The notes under the pieces are model-generated. The model was not told where the DNA came from. It made no database searches and saw only the letters and a list, made by a program, of their open reading frames with translations. Shown here piece after piece: positions 24,901-38,580 of a DNA stretch of 64,000 bases (its first letter is position 1; the number at the start of each line of letters is the position of its first letter). The stretch covers positions 1-64,000 of the forward strand of contig NW_021832537.1 in NCBI RefSeq assembly GCF_006345805.1, given 5' to 3'. A program made the position numbers and the translations under genes. Source of the DNA: Octopus sinensis (Eukaryota).

Positions 24901-26154
24901 CTGACTGGCCCCCAACTCACTCTGCTGTGTCCCCACCTCCGATTGTATTGCACTCATCCACTCCTCCCGGGCATGCTCCACTCTCCTCAGGGCGTCCTCC
25001 AAACTGCCAATCTCCCTCAGCCGCCCCTCGTTCTCCTCCTTCGCACTCTCCAAATTACGTCTGGCCGTCACCACTCAAATTACCTCGCCATTTCTAGTTT
25101 TTTGTGGACGTGGACACTCCTTTCCTTCACGCGGATATACACTGGCCTCTTCTTCTGCAGATTCCCCTCCTTTCGTACACACAAGGGACATACCAGTTCA
25201 CGGTAGTTCTGCTCTATTTTGGCCACGTCTCTGCACAATTTGGCGTGCTGCTTCTTTTTGTTTTGGACTGTCTCCTCATAGTCCTTTATGTCCGACTGGA
25301 GGCACTCGGTCTGCTTGGTCAGCCCCCCCAACTCCTCCTCCACACTCACAATCATCCGCTCGTTGGATAACAAATTAAACAAGAACTGCTCCACTTTCTT
25401 AGTCTCCTGGGGTTGGGGAATGAGGACTCACTTTGAGGGTGAGTAGGGATATGTATCGCTCGTTCTCGTCCTTCTCCAGTCGGGCCTCCTTCCGCTCTGC
25501 CGCCACTCCCCTCTTCCTGTGGTAGTTGGCCTGCGTCTCCTCATTGGCCTGCGTCATCTCCTGCTTTGAATTGTCGTACTCCTCCTTCCACTCCCGGGAA
25601 CTGCAACACTCCACTCATCCCCCAACCCACTCATTTCCTCAAATATGTCCGTCCTTTCCCGCGAATTCTTCATGGCTATGCTCTCCACCGTCCCCTGATA
25701 AACCAAAAAGTTTTTGCTCCTCACGAGGATCTTGATTTCCTCCAATGCCTGAGTGTAGGCAGTCCAGGCGACTATCTGCGAATGCCAGAGAGAGCCCACT
25801 TGGTCGTTGATTTGGTATTCCGAACTGTTCCCCACAATAATTCGAGTGAAGACTGTCTCCTGCCCGTCCTCTTGGTAGACCAGCCGCACACATGCCTTCC
25901 CCCCCACGGCCTGTCCTATGTGGGCTCCGTGGATTAGTTCCTTTGTTTGTGGGGGGGCTGTGTACACTCAATCGTCGGACTCGCAGGTGTGAAGTTCTTT
26001 CCCCCAAAACAAAGGAGATTGCATCCATCAGGTTTGACTTTCCCGACCCATTAGGACCCACTATCGCTGTAAAGTTTTTGAAGGGCCCAATCATCTGTTT
26101 TCCGGCAAATGATTTAAAATTCTCTATTTCAAGGTACTTCAAGAGTCCAGGCAT
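21948..26154 (-). CDS. SMC1: cohesin subunit SMC1
   Basis: LEIENFKSF, Walker [20 protein letters not shown], hinge region, signature [13 protein letters not shown], Walker [13 protein letters not shown]. Many ~22-26-nt introns (e.g. 25941-25965). Confidence 0.96.
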
Positions 26155-26303
26155 TGCCACAACAACGGACAATCAGAAAATTATATCGAAATACGCGCCT
26201 TTAGTTTAAAATATTTATTCACTTTTTAATTTACAAATTATTTTTAGTTACAATATTGAGATATATTTGGCATTAACACGAATAATAGTTTGGAGGCCTT
26301 TCA

Positions 26304-26830
26304 ATGAATTATCAACAACTTGCTAGGAATAGGTGTAGATACGACTATAAAGTAATGCCGGAATCAGTCTATAAAATGCCGATAATCATGAAGGAATATT
26401 TTACTATGATCATTACCGCCCTTGCAGTCAACAAACAGAACCTACTTTTTTCAAGAATCTCCAAATCTACTGCCCTGACTGGAAAGAGTGATCCTTGTGG
26501 GGGTTGATATGAGAGAGCAGTAATCACTCGAATACCTAATTTTATAATTTCCGAAACAGGCATAGGCCGTCAACTGTTTATAGCCAAGGAGTAGTCTGAC
26601 ACTGCTCCACTAGCCTGTACTTTTAGTTTTATTGAGGTTGTTCTAGATGAGACAAATGATTAGAAGGGAAGCTGGCTGCATGAAGACAGTCTTTGATTTA
26701 CAGAGCAATACTGGACACATGTCATCGCAGAGGAATGCAGGAACAAATTCTTAGTCGGTTGAAAAAATGTGAGCGATTTAAATATAAGAGCGGCAATGAA
26801 AATGAGTAGAAGGAGACTTGTCAATACTTA
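26304..26830 (+). CDS. possible small unassigned gene
   Basis: Open frames can be joined with 23-24-nt GT-AG introns, but I could not build one stop-free model. Strand is uncertain. Confidence 0.25.
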
Positions 26831-27052
26831 ATTGAATGTTTGGAATTCCTGGAATAGTTCCTGAATGTCACCCAGATGACAGTGAATTAATAAGCAGGAT
26901 GCAAGTATGCATATCCTGATTAAGTGTTAATCAGTTTAGGATAAAACCACGCGAATGAGTGGTGGCCTGTGCTTCCGAGGAGGAAACGGAATTGTAAGTC
27001 GATTAAAATCGGCAATAAATTGGGACGATGGCGCGATCGACACAATTAGAGA

Positions 27053-28561
27053 ATGAGCATGTACACTGCATCCAAGTACAAAAACCTGAAGGCAGGGGAG
27101 GCCATCAATCCATCCTTCGACGATATCAACTTTAAAAAGACTGACTGCACACTCGCTGCCGGGAGTCAGACACTCATTGCCTTCGTAATTGAGACGAGTG
27201 GAGGCTGCTTCATCTATCTGCCCAACAACAAAGTGCTGTCGTCCCACTCACCCTAGACTGGGCGAGTTGCGCGGGGAATCCCCAAAGTCTGTGCACACAA
27301 GAGCGAAATCACCGACATGGCCTTCTACCCCTTCTCGACCAACATTCTGGCCACATGTTCTGCGGATATGACCATCAAGATCTGGGAACTCCCCGAGGAT
27401 GGGCTGAAGAAGGACATGGAGGACTGTCTTGTCGAACTGACAGGACACCAGCGGAAGGTGACAGTGTTGGTGTGGCACCCGACGACGGAGAACATCCTCA
27501 TATCGGGAGGTCTGTCGAGTAGTGGTAATACAAGGCGGTGATCCATTCTGCTATGTGTGGAATGTGTCGACGGGGGAAATGTGTTATCAGGTCGACGTGG
27601 GTGACGCCGTCCAGGGAATGACCTTCAACTACGACGGGTCGAGGGTTGCCCTCATGACTCGAACTAAGAAACTGTCCGCCTTCGACCCCCGAGAGGGCAA
27701 AGTCGAGTCCTCCGTAGTCCATTGTGTGTTCCACGCAGATTGTGGCCCACGACGGGAATCGGGCCTTCACTCCTGTCTTTCTCAGGAACGGAAATATCTT
27801 CACATGCGGAACGAGCAAGAACGGGGACAGGGAGTTTGCAGTGTGGGCCTCGGTAGCTGTGTTTGAGGAGTGTAGAACGACCTGAGCAAACCGCTCAAGA
27901 AAATCAAGTACGACAACAACCGAGGCCAAATGATTCCCCATTATGAACCGGAACACGATATTCTGTTCATTTTCGGAAAAGTTTGCCAATTCGTGCATTG
28001 TCAGGGAGAAACGTTGAGTTGCGCGTTGGAGTTTTACGAAAGCGTGCCCTACTTCACTGTCATCACCAATTTCAACCTGACGACTGGGGGCGGCCTGCGG
28101 GGGTTCAACGCGTTTCCCAAAATAGCCTGCAAGGTCTTGGAGTGTGAAATAATGAGGTTACTCTATTTCTGATGCCCAGAGGAATGCGAGTACACTCCAA
28201 TTCTTGCGAAATTGTCAGTTTCACTGTGCCCAGACTGGTCTTGATTGTCCGCTCAATTGATAGTCGAAAGAATTCCAATCTGACTTGTTCGACAAAATAA
28301 GGGGAATCACTCCTTCCCAGACGGACAAGGAATACTTGGCGGGAAGCAACACCCCGCCGACTATGGTTGTGCCCCACACTGACACACAGATTGACTTGCG
28401 CACTGTCAAAACAGAAGGTCTCGTCAAGTCCAAGACACTCAACATAAATCTGGCTGCCAAAAATTCGAGCCAAGTGATGCTTGTAAACATTGCAGGTGAT
28501 GGATCTTGAGGAAAGACTGGCCAATATCGAAAAACGCCTTTCCGCATTGGAAAAACAGTAA
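27053..28561 (+). CDS. CORO1: coronin
   Basis: SKYKNL N-terminus, WD40 repeats (ATCSADMTIKIW, GHQRKVTVLVWHPT), PHYEPEHDILFIFGK. A C-terminal coiled coil VMDLEERLANIEKRLSALEKQ* appears after removing a 22-nt intron (28474-28495). Confidence 0.93.
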
Positions 28562-28764
28562 TTCTCATTCTTGTCCTAATCGGTTCGGTTTAATAAGACA
28601 TTTCTCACACCATTCTTATTAGTTAATAGGATTAATCATTGAAAGGGGCCATCTTTCTCCACTTCCTTGGTAATAAAGTATTACTTCCGTGTCCCAACCA
28701 AGTTCCCCAAATCTCCTCTTTCCCGACTACTTTTGCTGATTTGCCCTCCACTCAACTATCCAAA

Positions 28765-30168
28765 ATGAACGGAGCTATCTCAAAAGACAACCCCGTTCAT
28801 TTTAGTAGAGTCTGGTTAAAAACGACAATAACAATCAACATACTCTTCTTTGTGACCCCACTTTATAGTCGATAAAAATGGATAGTTTTGATTAATAAAT
28901 ACAAATTTTATTTTGAATGGTTTGAAAAGTTCCATCAAATTGATTGTTGGGAGTTTCACAGTAATTGGTGGTGGACATATCTCCATATATGAATAGTCCG
29001 AACTACACCAGGCAAGTGGGTGTCTCCGACGACAACTGTCCTGACTTTACGACGCTGGAACTGTTTGGTAGAATAATCCAGTGGACTGTTAGAAATATCC
29101 AACGAGAGATCGAATCTCGGAGTCGAGACCTTCGACGACCCAGACCGCAGTCAACTCAACGAGACAGATATCCTAACCAAAGTTCGAATACTGGGAGAAG
29201 AGAACAAAAAGTTAACCCGTGTTGGGGAAGATGCCTCAGAGAAGGTGTGAGTGTGTCCACACTGGCAGATCCGTCACCTGGAACTGCAAAACTCGTCCCT
29301 GCAGCAGTTCGTGGAGGACGCAGTGTGTCAGTCGGAGGACGTGGAGAGGAGGATTGAGGAGTGGGGGAGAAGGGTGGATGATTTAGTGAAGGACAATTGG
29401 ATGTTGACCCAGCAGGTAGTGAGTGGAGTGATGGCAGGTGGAGGACATGACCCGTCGTCCCCGATTGGAGGATGTGGCCAAGTGGGAAGTCGAAATGTTG
29501 AACTACTTCAAACAACTGACGGAGAGGGTGAACTGGTTGGAGACAGACAATGCCTCATTGAGAAGACAGTGCAGGGAGATGGAGGATGAGGCAGATATTA
29601 TGCAACACACCGTACTACTCGTGATGAGTATTAGATTACTCATTTGAACGATGCCTTGGAGGACTACCGAAGTCAGTTGAGTGGGGCATACAACACACGA
29701 CTGGAGGGGGGACATGTCCAACACGAACCCACCGTGTCACTCCAGTCGGAAATGGACGAGTTGGAGAGAGTGCCGTACGAATATTGTGTATATTGAAGGA
29801 TGGGGAAAAGTAGACTTTTACGACAACTAGAGACGGCCAGAATAATCCAGAGGGCTCGGAAATGTCTGTGGGGTATCCCCCAGCCACCCACCGTGCAAGC
29901 ATCAGTCCACCTCAGGTCAGGGGAGACAGTCCCCGACTCCCCCTTTGTGTGCACAACCCCCACCGTGGCAGGAATAGTGCATCGACACACGGCGAGGAAT
30001 GAGGAGGGGGGGTCGTCCAATCACAAGTCAGGGGGCAGTTCGAAGGGCTCGTCCTCTGAGGCCAAACAGGGTCTGACCATAATCAAGCCAATTGATGGTG
30101 AGTTGGGGGAATATTCGCAGGGTCGACCACAATGGAAAAGTGGAGAGCCCTCGCTACTCCTGGAATGA
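28765..30168 (+). CDS. unassigned coiled-coil protein
   Basis: Heptad-rich frame joined by 22-25-nt introns (KVRILGEENKKL..EK|IRHLELQNSSLQQF..LTQQ|VEDM). Both termini are approximate. Confidence 0.55.
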
Positions 30169-30267
30169 GTTCTCTCCTCGGGACAGGCACACCCGGAGTG
30201 GTCGGACGCCTTTTTGGCAACACGCCGCACAAATGAACAGTTTGCTATGTTTATACAACTCAATTTA

Positions 30268-30766
30268 TTAAATGAGATTAAAGAAATCCGTTTTGAGTCC
30301 AAACCTGTAGAGACAGGCACTAGAATAGACAACACGCCCCACCTCAGCCCGACGAGTATTGGCTGGAGACACAGGGAAGCCCGAGCAAAGAGAGGGAGAT
30401 TGTCTGGGAATACAAGACGGGTGGTACGTTTGTGCACGACGAGGACCACGGCCATGATGATGCTGGAAATGCCGAGAGTGAACCCGAGAATGAGAAGGGA
30501 GATGTGCCCCCCACTGATGTCATCTCCCAGTGGAATAGAGTTCACCCTCCAATGAGTTAGAACTGTACAGGATGAATGAGAGGGTGGCCATGACACCCAC
30601 CGTGTAGAAATAGTGAGGAAACTCGGACTGTCCGGGGTATATGCTGGCCACGAATATCAGCAACGTCCACCCAGTAAAGTGCTGCACTGTTGTTACCAAA
30701 TTATACACATATTCCGGCCATGTATGCCACTATCTTGTTCCTCCAGTTGTCTATGAATTCATCCAT
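30268..30766 (-). CDS. TMEM50: TMEM50/Vps68 family membrane protein
   Basis: After removing introns of 25, 22, 24 and 23 nt: RNKIVAYMAGICHFTGW..YP..FPHYFYTVGVMATLSFILVN..LQPILVGLSACLYRFG, matching the TMEM50 pattern. Confidence 0.8.
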
Positions 30767-31143
30767 CCCCACAACAACGATAATTCAAAACAATTAATAT
30801 TTAAGCATTCAAATTGAGAGAATATACAACAGATAGGCAATGAGAACAACGACACGAAGAAAAATGGAGGCTCACAAGAAACTTGGCACTCTTAGAGAGG
30901 ATATAGCAAACAATGGATGGTTACGAGATAAACAAATTGTGCAACACACGCGTAAAACGAGTCATCAAGTGGTATACCTGGGCACCCACAATGCATGAAA
31001 TAGTCTAAAGTTATTTCAAAGCACATTTCAAATACTCCTATTACATGGGAAATAGAAAGTAACAGCTTATTCGGTCACATCTAGACTATACTTGAGAACA
31101 CCTCGCATCAGAATAGGGGTTAATATGTTTGGTTAATAGAATG

Positions 31144-33307
31144 TTAATTCATTTGTAAAATTCTGTTCTTTTGATTCCTTGCTTCCTCCCGAATGCATTC
31201 CGGGAGATCGCATCCGAGTACTTGATGGAGAAAATCGATTGTCTCGTTGATATCATCCAAAAGAAAATCCTTATCCAACCTCATCAATTCATTCCAGTCG
31301 ACATCCAATCCAGCAGTGTCAATTGACCCTAACAATGTCTAATAAGTAGATACCCTCCTTGGGGATTATACCCAGCGGACTCTCCGTGCCCAAATCTTTG
31401 CCATCCAGTCTGTCCAAAATCCAGTCGAGAACTCTCGCATTATCGGAGAATCCAGGCCAGAGGAACTTGTTGTTGCCATCAGTTCTGAACCAGTTGACGT
31501 GAAATATTTTGGGCATCAGGATTGAGAAAGAGTATTACTTGGTTAATGCCATTGTCGAGACTGATCCAGTGGTCGAGGTACCGTCCAAAGTTGTACCCCA
31601 TGAATGGTCTCATTGCCATGGGGTCGTGCATTATGGACTTTCCTACAACCATAAGTCCGCGAGGAGACCCTTGAATTCGGCGGCCGACGTGGTTTCTGAC
31701 TTGAGTTGGCAGCCAATAAAGACCCCGTGAGTCCACCCATTTGCTTCGTAGACAAGAGGGATTCCTGAATATCGGAGTACTCAAACCTTTGGGACGACGA
31801 CCACCAAAGATGATGGCCGAAATGGGGACTCCCTCGGGGTCCTCCCACTGAGGGTGGATGATGGGGCATTGGCAGGCAGGGGCAGTGAATCGGGAGTTTG
31901 GGTGTGCAGCTGGAGTGGTAGCCGTGCTTCGAGACCACTCTTTTCCCTTCCAGTCGATCAGCACGTCATCCTAGGAATGACAGACACAAGAACGTCGTTG
32001 ATGGTGTCTTCGAGCCCGGCCCAGTAAGGACACCCCTCTTTGGTCAGTCCCACGTTGGTGAATATCGAGTTCTCCTGCATAGTGGCCATCGCGTTCCTGT
32101 TCGTCTTCCAATTAGTGCCAGGAGCCACGCCAAAAAACCCATTTTCTGGGTTGATTGCCCTCAACTGGCCAGATTTGTCGAATCTCATCCAGGCAATGTC
32201 GTCGCCTAACATTGGAGGGGAGAGCCGACCTACGCAACGAACCTTCCTTTCGGGGAAAATGGACTCCATCATGGCCATGTTCGTCTTGCCACACGCACTC
32301 GGGAATGCCGCAGCAATGAATTTTTCTTGTCCCGATTTATTGGTGATGCCCAAGACCTAGAAAGTAGACCGGCCGACCAACGAGCATGTGTTCGGCCAGC
32401 CATCCCTCCCGCCGCGCAATATAACTCCCGATTCGCAGAGCAAAACACTTTTTGCCCAAAAGAGAGTTGCCGCCATATCCACTTCCGAATGACATTATTT
32501 TGTTTTCGTGAGGGAAATGAAGAATGAGGACTTTATCAGGATTGCAGGCCCAGGCATACTCGGAGTAGTCTAAATGGAGAAACCCCTCAACTTGCTTCGT
32601 TTGTGCGAGGACTGCCCACCGAGTGGATGCACGTCACGAAATTGTCCAGTCTGACCATGTCCCATATCGTGTTGCTTATTCTCGTCATTTTGTGCATGTT
32701 CAGCACCACGTACCCCGAATCCGTCAACTGAATCCCGATTTTGCTGTACTCGCTCCCCAACGGCCCCATCATGAAGGGGATGACGTACATCAGACGACCT
32801 ATTTCCCTCACACACCTCACCTCGCATGCACCCCGGCCACCTCTTCTCGTTTTCCTCGAGGGCCTGTTCAGGGGACATCCACTGCCCCATCTTTGTCGTG
32901 GCGTCCTCACTCCCGTGCGCCACGCTCTCGAACTTGTCGGGCGTGACGATGAAGGTTTTGGACTCGACACGAGCAACGTCCGCAGGGTCAGTTCTCGCCA
33001 GGTAACTGTCGGGTCATTTTATGGCACTTCACCAGTTGTTCCCCTTCATTTTGGTGATTATTCTCCGCTTCAACAGTCTTTGGGTGATTTCCCGTTCCTC
33101 CCGCAAAGACCCGTCGCAAATATAAATTGCCCTCGGACGGAATTTGGTCACCTACAGATGCCACGAGCAGTCAACATTGTCCATTATCAACTTTTTTACT
33201 GACACGGGCAGTCTTGTAAAGTCTCCCTGTTTGATCGGGATGGTGAACTGCTCGCAATAAACGTAGTGGACTTCCTCAAACTGTGGGCCCTCATTATCTT
33301 CCAACAT
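31144..33307 (-). CDS. PCK: phosphoenolpyruvate carboxykinase (GTP)
   Basis: [77 protein letters not shown] and [14 protein letters not shown]. Confidence 0.96.
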
Positions 33308-34131
33308 TTCAACTGAGCGTGACTTCCTTGTTATAAAGCTATCAGACGATTAAATAAACCACATATATTCAGCTAAGCCTGATTAATCAGTGACCACAGA
33401 GACACCAATGCATTATTGATTGGATTTGTTCTATAATTGGTTAGCCCATCTAACTGGGTGTGACTACGTTTAATTGGAATTTAAAATGTATGACTCTTGC
33501 GAATAAAGAAGATAGACCACATATATTGGCCATCAAAACACCATTCCCGGATTACCCCACATCTTCCATTATTACTCGAGGTAGGAAACATATATAATAA
33601 TACGGCCTTGAATAATCATCCCTCCACTTTGCCTAATCGAGAGCAAGTCATGTTGGCAGTCCTTAGAATGATATCACAGAAGGAAATTCGACTGAACAGA
33701 CTTGTGAGGGACTCCGTTAAAACAGTTTTTGAATAATTTAAAAAGTTTGTCAGGCAGTTTCACCTCTCGGTGGATACTTGTGATTTTCTTCGGGTTTGGG
33801 GAGCAATCATCATGTCCGCATTGTCTTTCTGTATAAAGTTGGAATTGTCAGCAATGAAAAAGGGAGAGGTTAGTAATGTAAGCATCATCAGCATTATTAG
33901 CACTGTCAGCATTATCCGGACTGTCAGGAATGACTCCTAATATTTGGATGAAATTTGGAGTTCTCGCACAAGAAATGGATTTTATCAGAAATGGTTGTTA
34001 ATTCGTTATCAATTATAAATAAACCCAAAATAAATATTAATGTGTACGTGTGATGAGTAATGTCCTCACTATCAACAATCAAAGTGGATTTCAGCAGTGT
34101 TGACAAATAAGTGTGCATATTATAGACCCAA

Positions 34132-36592
34132 ATGAATGCGGACATTGAAAGCATGTGGGCTGCTTTGAGGACATCCTTGCAGTCCATTCTCCTCAACGAG
34201 CTCAATCATCTCAGCTTTGTCGACCTCCACTGCAAAGCCTACCAAATCACTATCCGCGGACACGGGAATTACTTGTACCACAACGTGAAGGAATTGTTTT
34301 ACATGCACATCAAACATCACGTGAGGCATTCCTTTATTCCAGATTATTCCACAACTCAGCGATTTGACTGGATGTGAGCTCCTCTCAGCAATCAAGTCGA
34401 CTTATGATCTCTACACGTCCAGAACGAGCATAGTGGCGGATGTGCTCATGTACATGGTTGGTCCCCCAGACTATTGGAAGGACAAGAGTCTCCAATGTCC
34501 ACACCCCAGTCTGGTAGGAGAGACATGCCTCCTCCCCCCACCTATTCACCGGACGTCCATCAATTGCTACCGAGACTCGATATTGCAGGGGGAGACCCTC
34601 GGATTATGCACGAGGGCACTCCTCCACATTGTCCGACGTTCGAGGACAGACAACACCCCCCTCAGGCACATTCCTCGGAGTATTGTAGTCCCCTCCTTGT
34701 CCAAGTCGTCCACATTTTGAGTCAGATGGGGGACCACCACTCGGACATTCACCAAGACTGCTTCCTCACTCCATTCTTGGCGGAGACACGAGAATATTAC
34801 AGGGTTGGACGAGAGTGTGTTCCACTAGAGAGTAAGGGATGCTGGACTGGCCAGACAATCCACTCTGCACTACTTCTCCACTGTGAGAGAAATGTACGAC
34901 TCCGAACGAGGACTGATGAGTGGCATGGACTGTCCTCGCCTGTCTTGTGAAATGACTTTGATCTTCAACCAGGAATTGATAGAACTGGCATCCCCCGCCT
35001 ACTTGGAGGTAGGACTCCCCACTATGCCTAGTTCCCAATGGACGGGCTGTTCGAGTTGTGCAGTAGTCGCCGTTATGTGGGTAGGCACTTTGCCTCACTG
35101 TAGACTTGGCACATCTCTACTCATTTCTCACTGAGGTCAATTGCGGACGGGAAGTGTTTCATTCCTTCATGTGCAAACGACTCGAACTGCTCCCCCGCAT
35201 TCCCAGTTCTAAGCAGCTGTTGGAGACCTGTGACTCACAAACCTGCACTTTCCACAATTTCAACGACCAGCAGAACATTCGAGTTATCCAAGTATGTGGT
35301 TGGGTTAAAGTGGAGATGGCCATTGACTGGCATGAGGAATATAGACAGATCAAGCATATTGTGGGGAGTTGTAAGTCTTCCCTGGATGCCGTCTTTAGGA
35401 AAATACTCGACTGCGTCCCCAACTTGTACTTCAACCTTGCCTCCTATTTAAACCACATCATCGGGGACAGTGTATTCTCAGTAATAACAGCAGACGCCCT
35501 CTGCACAATATCACGCCCAGTTGGAACATGGTCTGTCCCTCCTTTCGTTTGTCACCAATCTGGACAGTTTCGAGGCAATCTTCCGGCAAATACTGAGCTA
35601 CCGTTATTTGTCCTCCCCGCATTCAGTCAACATTGAGAGAGAGAAGTACGCCGTCGAGCAGTTGACGGTGAGTGGACCCCTCATTCCCAGATGAGTTGTG
35701 GCACCAAATTCACTCACAAAATGAGCAGTTATCTGCAGGACATGGTCAGTTCGCGTGGAGTGAATGATAAATTCAATGACCTGTCGACGTGTGTTTGTGT
35801 GCTGACTGGGAGTGTCTGGAATATCACATCACCCCCAATCAGTCTCCCTCCCCCATTCACCCACTTGTTTGACAATTTCAAAACATTCTACCAATCTTCC
35901 TACCCTGACCGGTGTCTTGCAGTCGTCCCAGACTATTCCACTGTCGAAATAGAAATAAGTCTGGACAGATCGGTCGTCGTCTCCTGCGACTTGGTCCAGG
36001 CACTTGTCCTCCTTTGTTTCAACGACTGCTGTGCTGTCTCTATTCTGGTTGTATGCATTGGGTATACGTCGACAGTCCCTGAGTCAATGTCTTCAGGTCT
36101 CTCAATGCTGTTTGGAGAGTGTTGTGTCGTCCCTGATCTCTTCGGGCTTGTTGAGGAAGACCGAGGCACTCCTTGAATTGAACGAGTCGTTCTATTCAGA
36201 CACAGGCCATGTCAATATTCCCCCAAGTTGTGCCCCACAATAAAATAGGTGTGATGGGCATGGGTGTTCCCGCGGAGACCATCATCACTAATTCGAGGGT
36301 ATCCGCCATCTCGGAGAAAGAAAAGTGATTGCATTGCTTCCTTATTTTCAGAGTGAAGGCACTGATAACGCGTGCTCTCAAGTCTGCAAAGGCAATGAAG
36401 CACACAGAATTGTGGGAAATGGTATATTTGTGATACAAATCCAAGCTCTCATCAAATTGTGACGTGTCCGTGGCGTGTATGAAGGAGTGCATTGAGAATT
36501 TGATTGTTCGCAATTATATACAGAGGGATAAGACTGATCGGTTCCCCATTAGTTCTAATCGTTTCAGAAATAATTACCTATACTTAATATAG
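34132..36592 (+). CDS. CUL3: divergent cullin, closest to CUL3 by motif
   Basis: N-terminus LSFVDLHCKAYQITIRGHGNYLY; cullin domain VCVLTGSVW..F..FY; C-terminal winged helix RVKALITRALKSAKAMKH..MKECIENLIVRNYIQRD..YLY after splicing 24-27-nt introns. Confidence 0.78.
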
Positions 36593-36638
36593 TTCACCTT
36601 TTTAATACTCGATCGAGTGGTTAATATATCCTCCTCTC

Positions 36639-37123
36639 TTAAGCATGTTTTTGACAGTGGCAGTTCTGAATTAAAAACAAAGCAACTCTATCTATAAGAC
36701 AGTTAGAGGGACACCAAATAAAAGTTCGCAACAATCTACGTGAGTCTAGACTTGGGGGGGGAATAACCGTTTCCTTCTGGGCGAGAGCGTCTAATGTTGC
36801 CCTTCTCATAGGCCAGAGAATATTTTCGACTTTTTTTAGGTATTTAGAGAGAATTGTCGTTAGACTGGTATTACTAGAGCTATTTATAGCTCCTAGAATT
36901 GCAATAAACGGGAGATGAAAATTAATTAGGATTCGGTTGTGTGATGAACAAAAGGTGGAATAAATTGGCGAGGAATACCCTTTTGGGAATGTATTCTTAT
37001 TAAAGTTGTGGCACAATTATTTACATGTCTGGAGAAAAACGGTATTAATAAACTTAGATGACTTGCCTCAATTATGCGGCTATCGGCTGAATTTATGTTC
37101 TCTTCTTGATTGTGCTCGACCAT
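36639..37123 (-). CDS. possible small unassigned gene
   Basis: Overlapping ORFs with plausible short GT-AG introns. The model is unresolved. Confidence 0.25.
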
Positions 37124-37394
37124 TATTTTCTCCGGGGTTTTTTACACGACTAATGTAGAATCGAGTTCTTTTTGAATAAATAACTTTCAATGTTTCAATC
37201 TAGTCGCATCCAAGCATTTTTAGGTCATTTTGTATGTATAATGGCAGGGCTGTGCTAGTCTGTCTCAAAAGCAACCGATGCTTAGAAAGTATTATTCTAT
37301 GAAACACCCATTGCGGCTCCCGCAAAAAGAAATTATTGGATTAAAAATTTTTTAATAATTGTTATAAAATTGAATTCCAATTCCTGTTACCGTT

Positions 37395-37750
37395 GTGGAT
37401 ATCTTTTCAAAGTCGAGGATCCATTCTTCCGCCGCGAACCCTTGTTCGGCTGCAAACCACGCCGAAAAGATCAAAATACAAAAATATTCTTCGCTCGCGG
37501 ACGGCTACCGCGTTACGCCAATGGCCCTGGAGACCTCTGGAGCTGCGGGAAAGGAGACTGACTCGTTCCTCAACGAGGTCGGGCAGTCCATTGGGAGGAG
37601 GCTCAAGGACACGAGAGAGGGCCTCTGGTTTCGCCAGCGCATCGGTCTGGCCATTGTTCGCGGCAACGTACACTGCGTCCTTGCCGCAGGGACTTAACGC
37701 TTTTCTTCTATCTCTTTGTTTTGAAAAAAATTAAACAGTAAAAAAAATTC
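37395..37750 (+). mobile_element. CRE-like non-LTR 3' fragment
   Basis: KYSSLADGYRVTPMALETSG..WFRQRIGLAIVRGN, followed by A-rich sequence. Confidence 0.8.
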
Positions 37751-37879
37751 ATCCACTTGGAAAATTGTCTAATGTCTGTTGTGCGTAAACAATATCGTAC
37801 TATAGCACACGAAAATAGGGGATTCAAAAAAGAATAGGAGGAACGTTTTTTATGATTCAAAAGAATGGAAAAGTACATT

Positions 37880-38480
37880 GCTTAATATGTTATGCGACGG
37901 TAAAATCGTTAAAACCTTCTCCGTCAAAGGACATTATAATCTTCACAAATCAATTTATAATATTTATCAAGGCGATTCTATAAAAAAGAGTAGATTTTTT
38001 AAAATCTGAATACGCAAAACGATCATCATCTTTGGATGTGGCGCCACATCCATACTGACGCCGGAATTTTTAAGGAAGTTATTGCAATTTTTGCTAAAGA
38101 ATGTTGTTCTCGAAATACAAAAGATATACTCAAAAAATTAACACTCAGCAATGATCCAGTTGCTAAAAGAATTGAATCTATATCAGATAGTATTCAGCAC
38201 AAGATATTAAGTAAATTTTATCCAATGACTATTTTTAGAGAGGAAAAGTTCGCATACTTTTCATTTGCCATTGAGTGTTCTAAAGATATTACTGACGCAG
38301 AACAATTAATTTTGTCTATAATAGGAGTTTGAAATTTATGAAGAATTTCTTTCCTTATGTTCTTTTCACCATAAAACCAAAGGGATAGATATGTTTTAAG
38401 AAATTTGTCGAGTAATTAAAGATAAAAACTTGAACTCTTCAAGATTCATTTCCGTGGCAACTGACGAAAAAAATGTGATT
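37880..38480 (+). mobile_element. hAT (Buster/Charlie-like) transposase fragment
   Basis: LTLSNDPVAKRIESIS and YFSFAIECSKDITDAEQL resemble the LSNNTVARRI / FSLALDESTDITDTAQL motifs. Confidence 0.7.
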
Positions 38481-38580
38481 TTCAAACGCAAAAGAGGTTC
38501 AGATTTTTAGTATTAGTAAAGGTTTTCCAAAGTGTGTACACTTAAATCTCTCTATATTACCACGAAAAAAACCAAATATT

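Noticed and set aside
33480-34100. Possible small gene between PEPCK and CUL3
   Set aside because: Open stretches exist on both strands, but I found no stop-free model or motif.
18343-36513. Numerous long opposite-strand or alternative-frame ORFs in the GC-rich block (e.g. 22156-23217, 23751-24533)
   Set aside because: They are shadow ORFs of SMC1, PEPCK, coronin and others, expected at higher GC, with no recognisable motifs.
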